Source: the human T2T-CHM13v2.0 reference genome, Homo sapiens | Reading direction: 5' to 3' (one strand) | Assembly: GCF_009914755.1 (NCBI RefSeq) | Contig: NC_060929.1 | Length of the DNA: 64,000 bases | Part shown: piece by piece, positions 63,971 through 64,000 of the stretch | Numbering within the stretch: the stretch's first letter is position 1 | Layout of the letters: each line of letters begins with the position of its first letter | Position numbers and translations under genes: made by a program | The notes under the pieces: model-generated | Seen by the model: only the letters and a program-made list of their open reading frames with translations | What the model was told of the DNA's origin: nothing | Databases searched by the model: none

Positions 63971-64000
63971 AACACATTTGACTGAGTCCACATAAGCAGT

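Overview
AT-rich, repeat-dense primate (human-like) genomic DNA, not microbial. The window lies inside one minus-strand gene, DTWD2 (tRNA acp3U aminocarboxypropyltransferase 2). Three consecutive coding exons (45632-45722, 40269-40363, 29607-29799) splice in frame through GT-AG introns to give ...[126 protein letters not shown]. The first and last exons are outside the window. The rest is intron filled with about 30 Alu elements or monomers, L1 remnants, solo LTRs, DNA-transposon relics (MER82, MER85, MER1, MER5A, half MADE1) and a 3'-truncated HERV-H provirus in the same sense as the gene. The ORF-track entries are repeat-derived or chance ORFs, and the track misses the real exons. I found no new multi-gene system. 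The best oddities are small: a TSD-flanked, tailless 5' half of pre-tRNA-Ile(UAU); a tandem Phe-like plus His primer-binding site in HERV-H; a possible LTR7-to-DTWD2 chimeric transcript; a collapsed head-to-head Alu pair; and an orphan polyA-tag-polyA insertion. Repeat subfamily names come from remembered consensus sequences, and boundaries of old repeats are approximate.
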